From the NCBI GenBank assembly GCA_963808235.1, contig CAWEEQ010000001.1, forward strand, positions 64,001-128,000: DNA of 64,000 nucleotides, given 5' to 3'. Origin of the DNA: an uncultured delta proteobacterium (GTDB taxonomy: Bacteria; Desulfobacterota; Binatia; Binatales; Binataceae). The translations under genes and the position numbers were made by a program. Positions within the stretch are counted from its first letter, which is position 1. Every line of letters starts with the position of its first letter. This document shows, one piece after another, positions 50,395-60,559 of the stretch. The notes beneath the pieces are model-generated. The model was not told where the DNA came from and made no database searches. It worked only from the letters and a program-made list of their open reading frames with translations.

Positions 50395-51435
50395 ATGAAA
50401 GTCAGCATTGGCATTGGCGGCGCCGCGTCGGGTCGCAAGCGCGACTTCGACGAACAAGTCGACTACGTCGTTGAAGCGGAAAAGCTTGGAGCGGATGCGG
50501 TCTGGTCCGCCGAGGCGTGGGGGCAGGACGCTATTTCGCCGCTCGCCTATCTCGCCGCGCGCACAAACCGGATCCGGCTCGGCACCGGCATCATGCAGAT
50601 AAGCGCGCGCGTGCCGGCGATGATCGCGATGACAGCGCTGACGATGGCCTCAATCAGTAATGATCGCTTCATCCTAGGCCTCGGTGCGAGCGGTCCGCAG
50701 GTAGTTGAAGGGCTGCAGGGCCGTCCGTTCAAAGCGCCGCTCACCAGGATGAAAGAAACGGTGGAGATCATCAAACTGGCGTTTGCGGGCGAAAAGATCG
50801 AATACCACGGCAAGTATCACGAACTGCCGCTGCCGGGCGGACAAGGCAAGGCTCTCCGGTTGTCACAACCCGGCAATGCTAACATTCCGATTTATCTAGC
50901 CACGCTCGGACCCCATGCATTGGAATACACCGGTGCTGCGGCCGATGGTTGGCTCGGAACGTCGTTTACGCCGGAGCATGCCGCTGCGCACCTCGACTAT
51001 CTGCGCCGGGGCGCAGAAGGGGCCGGTCGCAGCCTGGCCGACATCGACATTCAGGTCGGCGGAACAGTTGCGTTCGGCGACGATCTCGATGCGCTCGTGG
51101 AGCCTTTGAGGCCTGCGATGGCATTTACACTCGGTGCGATGGGTTCGGCGACGACGAATTTCTACAACGACGCTTTCAAACGGGGCGGGTGGGAGGCGGC
51201 GGCGCGCGAGGTGCAGCGTCTCTGGATTGCCGGGAGACGTCCCGAAGCCATTGCCAAGGTGCCGCCGGAAATGGTGATCCAGGCGAATCTGCTGGGCGAC
51301 ACCGAGATGGTGCGCAACCGCATCCGGACCTTCAGGGATGCAGGAGTCACGACGCTACGCGTCGCTCCCCAAGGGCGCGACCTCGCGGAGAAACTCGAGA
51401 CGCTCGGACGTGTGATGGACCTGGTGCGCGGTTAA
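50395..51435 (+). CDS. LLM class F420-dependent oxidoreductase
   Basis: AEAWGQDA, RFILGLGASGPQVVEG, IPIYLATLGP. Confidence 0.92.
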   Translation: MKVSIGIGGAASGRKRDFDEQVDYVVEAEKLGADAVWSAEAWGQDAISPLAYLAARTNRIRLGTGIMQISARVPAMIAMTALTMASISNDRFILGLGASGPQVVEGLQGRPFKAPLTRMKETVEIIKLAFAGEKIEYHGKYHELPLPGGQGKALRLSQPGNANIPIYLATLGPHALEYTGAAADGWLGTSFTPEHAAAHLDYLRRGAEGAGRSLADIDIQVGGTVAFGDDLDALVEPLRPAMAFTLGAMGSATTNFYNDAFKRGGWEAAAREVQRLWIAGRRPEAIAKVPPEMVIQANLLGDTEMVRNRIRTFRDAGVTTLRVAPQGRDLAEKLETLGRVMDLVRG

Positions 51436-51447
51436 CCCGGGCGGCTT

Positions 51448-51972
51448 TCAACCGTGGTCGCTTGATCCACCCGGCCGCCGCCGGTTTGAGGCTTCTGTCT
51501 TATGCAAATAGCTCGTGAAGCCATCGCCTGGCGGCGTGATCGAGTTTTGCATCATGATCAAACTGATTTGCCCCCGGTGGTATTCGCCATGAACTGTCAC
51601 GTGCATCAGCATTTCTTCGCGTGACATGCGGCCGGGCAAGCCATCGGTAAATGCAAAGTCGATGCGCTCGGCCAACTGTGCTTCATCCAGACGTGAAACA
51701 TAGTCGATGTACCAATGATCGCTGGTCTTGATCGCCGCGGACAATTCTTCCAACGATGGCGCCTGGCCCGGGTTGGGCGAGGTGTATCCGTGCTCAGCTC
51801 GCCGGAGGTTCGCAGCGAAGATCCGGTCGACAGCATAAGTGTGGTTGAGGACTCTGATGGCAATCTCCTTTGTAGGAGAGGCATCGTCAAATTGTCGCAT
51901 CGCCGTGAGAATCTCTTCGTTGGCCTTTGCCTTGTAGCTGAAGACCCGTTCAAGCGTGCTGACTTGATCCAT
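51448..51972 (-). CDS. DinB family protein
   Basis: LNH, HVTVHGEYHRGQ metal-binding His set. Confidence 0.88.
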   Translation of the reverse strand: MDQVSTLERVFSYKAKANEEILTAMRQFDDASPTKEIAIRVLNHTYAVDRIFAANLRRAEHGYTSPNPGQAPSLEELSAAIKTSDHWYIDYVSRLDEAQLAERIDFAFTDGLPGRMSREEMLMHVTVHGEYHRGQISLIMMQNSITPPGDGFTSYLHKTEASNRRRPGGSSDHG

Positions 51973-52027
51973 CTTCTTTCTCCTAATCGAGTAATAGCAA
52001 ACTCGTCCTCTCGGGAGGGCCACTTCA

Positions 52028-52758
52028 TCAGACTGATTGCAAACGCTTCCTTGCGGTCACGGTGCGGGCGAGCGGAAACGTCCAAAAGCTGAGACCGGAG
52101 ACTTCCACATCAATCATATCCGACTTGCGTAACTCGTCGGCGTAGAGGTCGAGGCTGAATATGTCGGAAATCGCCACTTGGCCGCCTTCATTGAGGGTGC
52201 GCACGATTTCACGGATGGCTTCGCGGCGTCCCTCGCGGCCGCGAACGTTGTGGATGGCAAAGTGGGCGACGGTGGCGTCAAAGCTACGGTCGGCGAAGGG
52301 CAATTTGCGCATGTCTCCGTCATGAACGCTGACTCGCTGCGCGACTCCCTCCAGCCCAGCATTTCTTAGCGTAGCTTCACGCGAATTGTCCGACTGTTCC
52401 CACTGCGACCACAGATCGATGCCTACCGCGTGACCTCGCGGCAGCAGCCTTGCGGCGGCGATGAGCAGGAGCCCATGGCCACAACCGACATCGAGCACGG
52501 TTTCGTCTCCGCGGAGCTTCAAGCGCGCGAGGATGCGATCGCGTGCGTGGAGTTTACCGAAGCGACTGCTGGCGAACATGAGAGTCGCGAGGATCAAACT
52601 GCAGAAGCCAAAAATCTGAAGCGTGTAGGCGAGGCCGAGGTGTCGGGTCAAAGTCCATTGCACGAGAAAGAAACCCCCGATTGTCGCCGCAAGGCCAACG
52701 ATGAACATCGCGCGGCTCTACCACCATCGAGACCATAATCGGGCGTTTGTCTGCGCAT
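52028..52758 (-). CDS. class I SAM-dependent methyltransferase with N-terminal TMs; probable frameshift near 52710
   Basis: VLDVGCGHG, GIDLW, GDMRKLPF; out-of-frame start MRRQTPDYGLD at 52758. Confidence 0.85.
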
Positions 52759-52813
52759 GACTCTGCTACCTGCTTGTGTGGACACTGTCGTGACTTGCGT
52801 ATTCACTATGGGT

Positions 52814-52853
52814 AAAATATAAGCGATAGCTCATAATTGTAAACTCGCATTCC
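52814..52853. promoter_or_regulatory. putative TetR operator region in divergent spacer
   Basis: imperfect inverted repeat AATATAAGC-GATA-GCTCATAATT plus ACTCGCATT half-site. Confidence 0.4.
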
Positions 52854-52865
52854 TGGCGGATGCAT

Positions 52866-53495
52866 ATGGCGCGGAAACCGCAAACAAATCCCAGAAAAGC
52901 GGCCTCCCAGGAGCGATCGCGTGCGACCGTCGATGCGCTTCTGGAAGCGACTGCTCGCGTTTTGATGAAGGAAGGCTATGACCGGGCGAGCACCAACAGG
53001 ATTGCCGAAGTGGCTGGCGTCAGTATCGGTTCGCTGTACCAGTACTTCCCGAGCAAGGAGGCGCTGGTAGCCGCGGTTATTGACCGCCATACACAAGAAA
53101 TTTCCGAGGTGACTCGCAACGCTCTGGTCAAGGCAGCGGCGCGTCCAATCGAGGTCGCGGCACGCGAATTTGTTTCCGTTGCAATCGACGCTCACCGCGT
53201 CAATCCCAAGCTGCATGGCGTCCTTGCCGAGCAGATCCCACGTGTTGGGCGGCTCGAAAATATCGAGGCTAATGTCCGAGAGGGTTATGCACTGGTCCGG
53301 GGCTACCTCGAGGCACATCGAGATGAGATCGACGTCGCAGACCTCGATCTCGCGGCCTTCGTCTTAGTGACGGCAGTGGAGGCGCTGACACACGCGGCAG
53401 TCCTGCGTCGCCCAGACATCCTCGCAGATGGGAAAGCACGACACTTTGTCGACGACGTAACGCGCCTCGTGGTCGGGTATCTGCGAACGTCGTGA
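52866..53495 (+). CDS. TetR/AcrR family regulator
   Basis: QERSRATVDALL, TNRIAEVAGVSIGSLYQYFPSKEAL. Confidence 0.93.
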   Translation: MARKPQTNPRKAASQERSRATVDALLEATARVLMKEGYDRASTNRIAEVAGVSIGSLYQYFPSKEALVAAVIDRHTQEISEVTRNALVKAAARPIEVAAREFVSVAIDAHRVNPKLHGVLAEQIPRVGRLENIEANVREGYALVRGYLEAHRDEIDVADLDLAAFVLVTAVEALTHAAVLRRPDILADGKARHFVDDVTRLVVGYLRTS

Positions 53496-53593
53496 TCTGA
53501 CGATGAGCAGGCGAAGCGCCTTCTGAGACGGAGATCGCGTAGCATTGATCGTCAGCTCCCGACTCTTCGAGCGGGAAGGGCACCTGCCTGAGA

Positions 53594-53675
53594 CTCACCG
53601 CTTTCTTCACGAGCGCAGTGATCCTTTGTTCTTCGGCGTGCGTCAACTCTTTCAGCGCGAAGGCGTCGGCCACAT
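53594..53675 (-). pseudogene. C-terminal remnant of a DUF1801/YdhG-like protein
   Basis: MWPT/AFALKELTHAEEQRITALVKKAVS with no upstream body. Confidence 0.55.
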
Positions 53676-54076
53676 GGCGCCTTTGGCCGACCGATCTTGC
53701 CTCCAAACCCGGATGAGCGCCAACGATTTCGACACTTCCTGCGTTTTACCCGTCGTCATCCAGCCATCCGCCAGCGTCGTACTAGAATGAGTTCGCTTTC
53801 AGTTCGGCGCGATTTCCGTCGCCAACCTTGAATTCCGGTGTCGCGAGAATGCGGCTGCGTCGACGAAATTTCCGGCCCACCTTTAGTCGCGAGCTATGGC
53901 GAAGGAGAGGCGTCTATGCGGTCGCCGTCCTTCGTCCTCAAAATATCGAGGATCGCGCGCGGGACGATCATCCGCCGATCATCTACCGCTGCCGGTGCCG
54001 CCAGCCAATCGAAACGGCGTCCCGGTATCACTCGTGCAGAACCTCAGGATGGGGCTTACGTTCCGGCCGCGGCGGC

Positions 54077-55690
54077 TCAGTCCCAATTTTTCAGCATCGG
54101 CCAGATCTGCGACAACGTGCGGCGCCCTTTAAGTTGTGTGCACAGATAGATCGTGAAGTGTTCATTCGCCATCGCGTATGGATTGCCCACTTCGGCCTTC
54201 GCTTCGACCTTCGCGAAACCTTGCTCCAATCGCTCGCGAGGCGCGCCGAGCACAATCACACTTTCGCCGGTGTAGTCTCTCGGGCCCCAATACCAGTAAT
54301 TCACATGCCCGCTGATTGCCTTGGGCAGCCCTAGCGCGGACCCGTAGAAATCAATTGCTCCAGCTTCTCCGTAGTTGCTCCCAATTATCGCCGTTCTCGC
54401 CCTCTGCTCAGGCGGCAAATCGTTATAGACCTTTGCGGCTGCCGCGACCATCTCGGGCCATCCGCACCGATCCGCGAGAAACTGAGGCAAATCACTTGCC
54501 TTGCGATTCTCGAACTTTGGTTCCGAGAACCCCATGAATCGCGTGTACGCTATATACTCGCGAGGAGGAAGTAACGGCAGGACGTTAAGCGCGGTGATTG
54601 CGCCAGTGACCGCAATAACAGCGGTGTAGGCCGGCCGCAGCCATCCGCGTCCGGGTTGTGACGACCACTTTTCGATAGCCACTGCTCCTGCGGCCAACAG
54701 CATCGGATAAGCCGGTGCCAGGTAATAGAATCGCCCCTCGGTGAGCAGCAGTAGCAGCAGCGACAGCAGGTATGCATAGCCGAGCGCGCGGAACGGCCGG
54801 ACGACGTCGCTGAACAGGAATGCGTACCAGCCACACAGCCAGATCGGCGCCGCCAGCGGTTGCATCCCCAGCAGTTGCCACCCGATGAACCCGATGGGAC
54901 CGATCGCTACGTTGCGCCCGCTGCGCTTGATATTCGCCAGCATCTCGAGATGGGGAAAATGATGCTGAATCTGCCATACGAGATTCGGCAGGAATATCGC
55001 AAACGCCGCCAGCCCGCCGAAGATAAACCATCGGTTCGCCATCAGGCGGCGCTCCGGCGTCAGCATCAGGCCGGCCACCAGCGCGAAGCCGAATAAGAGC
55101 ATCGTGTCCTTGTTTTCAAGCCCGACTCCAGCGACCACGCCGAACCATAGCCACAGTCTGACGTCGCCGGTCTGGATCATTCGGATTACGATCATCGCGC
55201 ATCCCATCCACAGCAGCGGCTCGATCGAATTCATCGACAGATAGCTGCCAAAGCTGAGATAGAACGGCGCCAACAGCACGGCGAGCGCGGCTAGAGTCTG
55301 GGCGAATCGTGCGCCGCCGAGTTGTCGCACGATCGCGCCTGTGATGATCACCAGTCCGGCTGCGGCGATTGTCGGGAAAATCCGAATCGCGAGAAGCGAA
55401 TCGCCGAATAGCTCTCGCGCCGCCCATGCCTGCACCGCCGTGAGCGGAGGCATGTCGACGTAGCCCCAGCTCAGATGCTGCCCGCAGGCCATGAAATAAA
55501 GCTCATCGATGAAAAATCCGTAACCGCCGGGGTTGGGCAAGTGAATCAGAAATTCCAAGCTGGCGAGATAGGCAACGATCGCAGGCCCTGAGACGAACCA
55601 GTTCGCGGGCGGTACCGCGTCGCTTGAGACCTGATCGCGTATTGCTGTCGCCACGGTGATCCTGCTATTCCGGCGACTCGCAAGTATCAA
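54077..55690 (-). CDS. glycosyltransferase family 39 (PMT/ArnT-like, GT-C); start uncertain
   Basis: YGFFIDELYF...WGYVDMPP, NYGEAGAID, HVNYWYWGP. Confidence 0.88.
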   Translation of the reverse strand: MILASRRNSRITVATAIRDQVSSDAVPPANWFVSGPAIVAYLASLEFLIHLPNPGGYGFFIDELYFMACGQHLSWGYVDMPPLTAVQAWAARELFGDSLLAIRIFPTIAAAGLVIITGAIVRQLGGARFAQTLAALAVLLAPFYLSFGSYLSMNSIEPLLWMGCAMIVIRMIQTGDVRLWLWFGVVAGVGLENKDTMLLFGFALVAGLMLTPERRLMANRWFIFGGLAAFAIFLPNLVWQIQHHFPHLEMLANIKRSGRNVAIGPIGFIGWQLLGMQPLAAPIWLCGWYAFLFSDVVRPFRALGYAYLLSLLLLLLTEGRFYYLAPAYPMLLAAGAVAIEKWSSQPGRGWLRPAYTAVIAVTGAITALNVLPLLPPREYIAYTRFMGFSEPKFENRKASDLPQFLADRCGWPEMVAAAAKVYNDLPPEQRARTAIIGSNYGEAGAIDFYGSALGLPKAISGHVNYWYWGPRDYTGESVIVLGAPRERLEQGFAKVEAKAEVGNPYAMANEHFTIYLCTQLKGRRTLSQIWPMLKNWD

Positions 55691-55722
55691 CGCCGCAAGT
55701 TCACTGCATGCTTCGGTTTTGA

Positions 55723-56449
55723 CTACGCAAACATATTCTCTCGGCTTTTCGTTGCAATCCCCGAAGCTGCAGTAGGATGCTCGGTGACGGCGGTGCTCAC
55801 GATAGTCCTTCGATCGTGGGCCAGAATGATCATCATGTAGAGCAGACGAAGCGACGCCGACGCCACAACGAACATATCAATCGCAGCGATGCCTTGGGCG
55901 TCATTCCGCAGGAAGCTGCGCCAAGTCGAGGAAGGCGCACCTCGTCTTCGCACCATGTATTTCGCGACACTCGCTTGGCTGACGTCGATGCCGAGCCTGA
56001 GAAGCTCACCGTGGATTCGTGGCGCACCCCACAACGAGTTCGCGCTGCTCATTTGCTTAATCAGATCGCGAATCTCGCGTTCCACTGACGGCCGCCCGGA
56101 TCTCGAACGCCATCGCCAGAACAGGCAGGATCCCTGACGGTGCCACTGGATCACAGTTGCCGGCTTGACCAACACGATCGAGTCGAGACAGCGCGGCCAT
56201 ATTCGATAGAGCCAAATCCAGAGCAGCCGATCGATCGCGAACAGACGGGGTCGACCCGGCCGCTGGCGCCGAAGGACATACAGCTGATGACGGAGGGCGA
56301 GGTTCTCTAATTCCACTGCCGCCCGCTGCACAGTCGGCAGGCTACTAATGAGACGATCCAACGCGCAGTTCATGCATGCCGGCGACACTACGGCGGTGAA
56401 TCGCAAACCTCTAGACTTTTCGGTGCTTTCGGAGTTTTTGGTACGCACA
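55723..56449 (-). mobile_element. truncated IS with integrase-core (rve/DDE) transposase remnant and left terminal repeat
   Basis: ENLALRHQL, VKPATVIQWHR, WGAPRIHGELL, AIDMFVV...TEHPTA then breaks off; TGTGCGTACCAAAAACTC end at 56449. Confidence 0.85.
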
Positions 56450-56561
56450 AGTGGATAATTCGATCTCGCTGAAACGCCGTTCTAGCCGCTGCCCACTGGG
56501 CGGCTGCGGCTTTGCTCGGTTGACCGGTCGTAAATCAATTTGATGAATTAAAACCGGTTGA

Positions 56562-56594
56562 CTGGTTGACAACCGGTCATATGTATTGTAATAT
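56562..56594 (+). promoter_or_regulatory. sigma70 promoter of the sigma54 activator, with operator-like ACCGGT repeats
   Basis: TTGACA(56566)-N17-TAATAT(56589); CTGGTTGACAACCGG shared with the tetR promoter. Confidence 0.75.
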
Positions 56595-56634
56595 GACAGT
56601 TATCAACAAACTCCGCTCGAGAAGAGGGGCTTAT

Positions 56635-57723
56635 ATGCAATATGCCGCACAATCAGAGTCATCGTTCCATACTGACGCGTCCACACTTGCGCATAGGGAG
56701 TTCTTCGCTTGCGAAGAAGCATTGATCGGAGAAAGCGGCGCGATGCTACGCTTGCGTCGCGAGTTAGAGGAAGCAGCGCGGGTCGACTGCACGGTCTTGA
56801 TCACGGGTGAGACAGGGACCGGCAAGGGAGTTGTGGCTCGAGCGATTCACCGGCTTTCCGACCGACGTAATGGAGAATTCGTCCATATGGATTGTGGACT
56901 GCTCTCGCCTGGTCTCGTCGAAAGCGAAATGTTCGGCCACGAACGTGGTTCATTTACAGGCGCAGTCGGTACTCGACCCGGGCGTTTCGAACTTGCGAGC
57001 AGCGGCTCCATTTTCCTCGATGAGATTGGGGACATGGATCTCGCCCTTCAGCGCAAGCTGTTGCGGGTACTTCAAGACCATCAGTTCGAGCGTGTCGGAG
57101 GAACTCGAACGCTCAAGATGACTGCGCGCGTGATCGCCGCGACTAACTGCGACCTCTCTTTGGCGATACAACAAGGAAGGTTCAGATCAGATCTTTATTT
57201 TCGCCTGAACGTGTTGCAGATCAATGTTCCGCCCTTAAGGGAAAGGCGTTCTGACATTCCGTTACTTTTCACACACTACCTTCGTGCAATCGCCGCACAG
57301 CGTGGAATGGCAGTGCCGACGGTCTCCGAATCGTCGATTTCGCGATTGACTGAATATGAATGGTTCGGAAATGTCCGCGAATTGATCAACGTCGTAGAGC
57401 GGTTGCTTGTACGTTATAGCCTTTGCGAACAGAGCGGGCACGACTTGACGGAGATGCTGGACGGCAGCACGACCTTCGGGCCTAGAGCATGCGCGGCGCG
57501 ACCAGAAAGAATCTCTAAGGCCGACGAGCTCATTGAAGGGCGTGACCTCCGTCCTGCATCCACAGTAGACCAATGGCAGCCGTATCGAGACCAGCTGCTC
57601 GATGTGCTGCGTTCGACTGGAGGCAATGTAGCGCGAGCGTCTCGACGACTGGGAATTCCTCGAAGCACGCTTCGCTATTGGCTCACGCGATACTCATTGG
57701 AGAATGTAATTTCTCGCGACTGA
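56635..57723 (+). CDS. sigma54-dependent enhancer-binding protein without N-terminal sensor domain
   Basis: GETGTGKG, ESEMFGHERGSFTGA, FLDEIG, FRSDLYFRL, WFGNVREL, Fis HTH. Confidence 0.92.
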   Translation: MQYAAQSESSFHTDASTLAHREFFACEEALIGESGAMLRLRRELEEAARVDCTVLITGETGTGKGVVARAIHRLSDRRNGEFVHMDCGLLSPGLVESEMFGHERGSFTGAVGTRPGRFELASSGSIFLDEIGDMDLALQRKLLRVLQDHQFERVGGTRTLKMTARVIAATNCDLSLAIQQGRFRSDLYFRLNVLQINVPPLRERRSDIPLLFTHYLRAIAAQRGMAVPTVSESSISRLTEYEWFGNVRELINVVERLLVRYSLCEQSGHDLTEMLDGSTTFGPRACAARPERISKADELIEGRDLRPASTVDQWQPYRDQLLDVLRSTGGNVARASRRLGIPRSTLRYWLTRYSLENVISRD

Positions 57724-57824
57724 AACACATGGCAACGCGTCTCGCGAGTGTTTGCGCTCGGGCTTGAGCTGGTCGAAGCGCATGTACAATTACAGAGTCG
57801 GCAGCAGAACTGCGGCCCCGACTC

Positions 57825-58865
57825 CTACGATCCAGTCGTGAGCACGATCTTCCCAGTCACCTGGGAGTCTCCGAGCAGCCGATGGCTGGTGGTGGCTTCC
57901 TCCAGTGGAAGGCATCGATCAATCACCGGCCGTAGCCTTCCGGCTGCACACAGTTCCAGGAGGGTTCGCAAATCTTCGTGATACCAATCGGGGCGGACCT
58001 TGCAGAGATTCTGGGCGCTGTACCCGAAGATTCCTTTGTTCTGGGGCATCAGCTCGAGGGGACTTGGCCGCGGGTTCCTAAGCAACTCGACTAGAGTTTT
58101 AAGCGGCCTTCTCCTTCCCTGGCTTGTAGCGGCTGAGAATCCGTAGCCAACCAGGAGACCCCCTTGTGAAAGCGCCTGAAAGGAGCGGCGCCAATAGGAA
58201 CCGCCCACTGGATCGAAAACGACATCGACCCCCCGACCCGTCTCACGACGAACTATCTCGACGAAATCCTCGTGATGATAATCGATCGGCCGTGCGCCAT
58301 ACTTTCTCACCAGTTCGTGTTTTTGACTGGAGGCCGTTCCCCACACCGTGAGTTTCATCCAAAGCGCCAAGTCCAGTAACGCGGTGCCTACGCCTCCCGC
58401 CGCCCCGTGCACAAGTATGGTCTGCCCTTCTTGCAGATGAGCCACTCGCGACAACATCTGGTAGGCGGTCAAATAGTTCACCACGAGTGCTGCTGCGTCG
58501 ATGTCTCCAACCCGCTCGGGAACCTTCACAGCTCGCCAGGCATCAACTACCAGTGACTCGGTATAACCGCCGAAACCACACAGGACCGCTACCCTATCTC
58601 CAACTCTCAGATCGTTCACTTGTGCGCCGGCAACATCGATGGTTCCAGCGACCTCGACTCCCGGTACAAAGGGAAATCGAGGTATATCGGGGTAGAGACC
58701 TTCCCGCATCAGGAGATCTGCGAAAACGACTCCCACTGCGGATACTCGAACGCGTACCTGTCCGGGCCCGCAGTCGGGTGCGGGAACCCGGCGCATCTGA
58801 AGCACTTCAGGTCCGCCCCGCTTCGAGATAACAACTTGTCGGATTGATGTGCTCAGAGAGGACAT
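57825..58865 (-). CDS. medium-chain dehydrogenase/reductase (NADPH:quinone reductase / enoyl-reductase-like)
   Basis: PFVPGVEVAG, NYLTAY, HGAAGGVG, GKIVL; no Zn ligands. Confidence 0.9.
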   Translation of the reverse strand: MSSLSTSIRQVVISKRGGPEVLQMRRVPAPDCGPGQVRVRVSAVGVVFADLLMREGLYPDIPRFPFVPGVEVAGTIDVAGAQVNDLRVGDRVAVLCGFGGYTESLVVDAWRAVKVPERVGDIDAAALVVNYLTAYQMLSRVAHLQEGQTILVHGAAGGVGTALLDLALWMKLTVWGTASSQKHELVRKYGARPIDYHHEDFVEIVRRETGRGVDVVFDPVGGSYWRRSFQALSQGGLLVGYGFSAATSQGRRRPLKTLVELLRNPRPSPLELMPQNKGIFGYSAQNLCKVRPDWYHEDLRTLLELCAAGRLRPVIDRCLPLEEATTSHRLLGDSQVTGKIVLTTGS

Positions 58866-59059
58866 TGCAAACAAGATTGGCGATTCACCGAAAGGTTCGC
58901 AAGCGGATTCCGCAACTCCCCGCGGTCCGGCTTAAGTTATGTTGATTGGGTATCGTTTCCACTCGTTTCATTTTATTCAAGCTAGTCATGTGAATCGCGG
59001 ATGAGGCTGTCTCCGCCTCTCCACTCGGACTCTACAAATCATGGTGCCGAGCGCTGCCG

Positions 59060-60445
59060 TCAGGAGGCTTTGCTTAAAGGCTCGTGATGCGCTGCTTCGG
59101 GGCGGGCCAGTTCGTAGCGGCTCAGGAAGTCGGTCGAGAATTCGCCGCGATTGAAATCGGGATCGTGCAGAATCTTCAGATGCAACGGGATGTTGGTTTT
59201 GATGCCGTCGATTACATACTCGCGCAGCGCAGCTTTGGCTCGCGCGATCACTTCAGGTCGCGTCTCGGCATGCACTATCAGCTTGGCGATGAGCGGATCG
59301 TATTGCACCGGCACGCGATAGCCGTCGTATAGCGCCGTCTCGACGCGCACGCCCAGCCCGCCGGGAGCATGATGGTTGGTCACCACACCCGGCGACGGGA
59401 TGTGACGCTCGGGATCCTCCGCGTAGATGCGAAACTCCATCGACGCGCCGTCGAACGTCACGTGCCGTTGCTTCAGTGGGAGCTTCTCGCCCATCGCCAT
59501 CCGGATACTTTCTTTTACCAGGTCAACCCCGGTGACCATCTCGGTCACGCCGTGCTCGACCTGGATGCGCGTGTTCATCTCGATAAAATAGAACTCGCCA
59601 TTGCCGGCGAGCAAAAATTCCACTGTGCCGACGTTCGAATAGCCGACGACCTCGGCCGCGCGCACAGCAGCCCTGCCCATCTTCTCGCGGAGCCGCGGGG
59701 TAAGAATCGGGCACGGCGATTCCTCGACGACCTTCTGATGGCGCCGCTGAATCGAGCAGTCGCGCTCGCCAAGATGAATCGCGTTGCGCTGCAAGTCGGC
59801 GAGAATCTGAAACTCGACGTGACGCGCCCGTTCGAGATATTTCTCCAGGTACATTTTCCTTGAACTGAACGACGCCTCGGATTCGCCTTGCGCCAGCGGA
59901 AACAGACGGGTCAGCTCGTCTCCATTGCGAACGACTCGCATGCCCTTGCCGCCACCGCCGGCGGCCGCCTTGATCAGAACCGGGTAGCCGAGCCGCTTTG
60001 CATCTGCTTGAGCTTCGCGCAACTCAGTTACGCCCGTTCCCTCGCTGCCCGGAAGTACGGGGACGCCCGCGCGCGTCATGATTCGTCGCGCGCGCGGCTT
60101 GTCGCCCATCAGCCTGATATGACGCGCGCGCGGGCCCACGAAATACAGCCCCGACTTCTGACACGCCTCCGCGAAGTCGCCATTTTCCGACAGGAAGCCA
60201 TACCCCGGATGCACGCCGTCGGCGCCGATCATCGTCGCCGCGCTGAGATTCGCTGGGATGTTGAGGTAGCTGTCTTGAGCGGCCGGCGGACCGATACATA
60301 CCGACTCGTCCGCCATCCGCACATGCAGTGCACTTTTATCTGCCGTCGAATAAACGGCGACCGTCGAAATCCCCAGCTCGCGGCACGCGCGAATTATCCG
60401 TATTGCGATTGTCCCGCGGTTTGCGACCAGCAGTTTTTTGAACAT
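59060..60445 (-). CDS. accC: biotin carboxylase subunit
   Basis: KKLLVANRG, HPGYGFLSEN, GGGGKGMR, ERDCSIQRRHQK, EMNTRIQVEH. Confidence 0.93.
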   Translation of the reverse strand: MFKKLLVANRGTIAIRIIRACRELGISTVAVYSTADKSALHVRMADESVCIGPPAAQDSYLNIPANLSAATMIGADGVHPGYGFLSENGDFAEACQKSGLYFVGPRARHIRLMGDKPRARRIMTRAGVPVLPGSEGTGVTELREAQADAKRLGYPVLIKAAAGGGGKGMRVVRNGDELTRLFPLAQGESEASFSSRKMYLEKYLERARHVEFQILADLQRNAIHLGERDCSIQRRHQKVVEESPCPILTPRLREKMGRAAVRAAEVVGYSNVGTVEFLLAGNGEFYFIEMNTRIQVEHGVTEMVTGVDLVKESIRMAMGEKLPLKQRHVTFDGASMEFRIYAEDPERHIPSPGVVTNHHAPGGLGVRVETALYDGYRVPVQYDPLIAKLIVHAETRPEVIARAKAALREYVIDGIKTNIPLHLKILHDPDFNRGEFSTDFLSRYELARPEAAHHEPLSKAS

Positions 60446-60559
60446 CGGCGAGCGCTCCACCAGGTCAAATCACCTCGATGATCATCGACAATTCGCCGAG
60501 CAGATTCAGGTTGGGTCTGTTGACGGCCTGCAGTTAGACCAACAGTTGTCAGCAATTGA

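Noticed and set aside
59030-59050. CGGCAC-CATGA-TTTGT as a sigma54 promoter for the MDR gene
   Set aside because: The invariant GC at -12 is missing at the required spacing.
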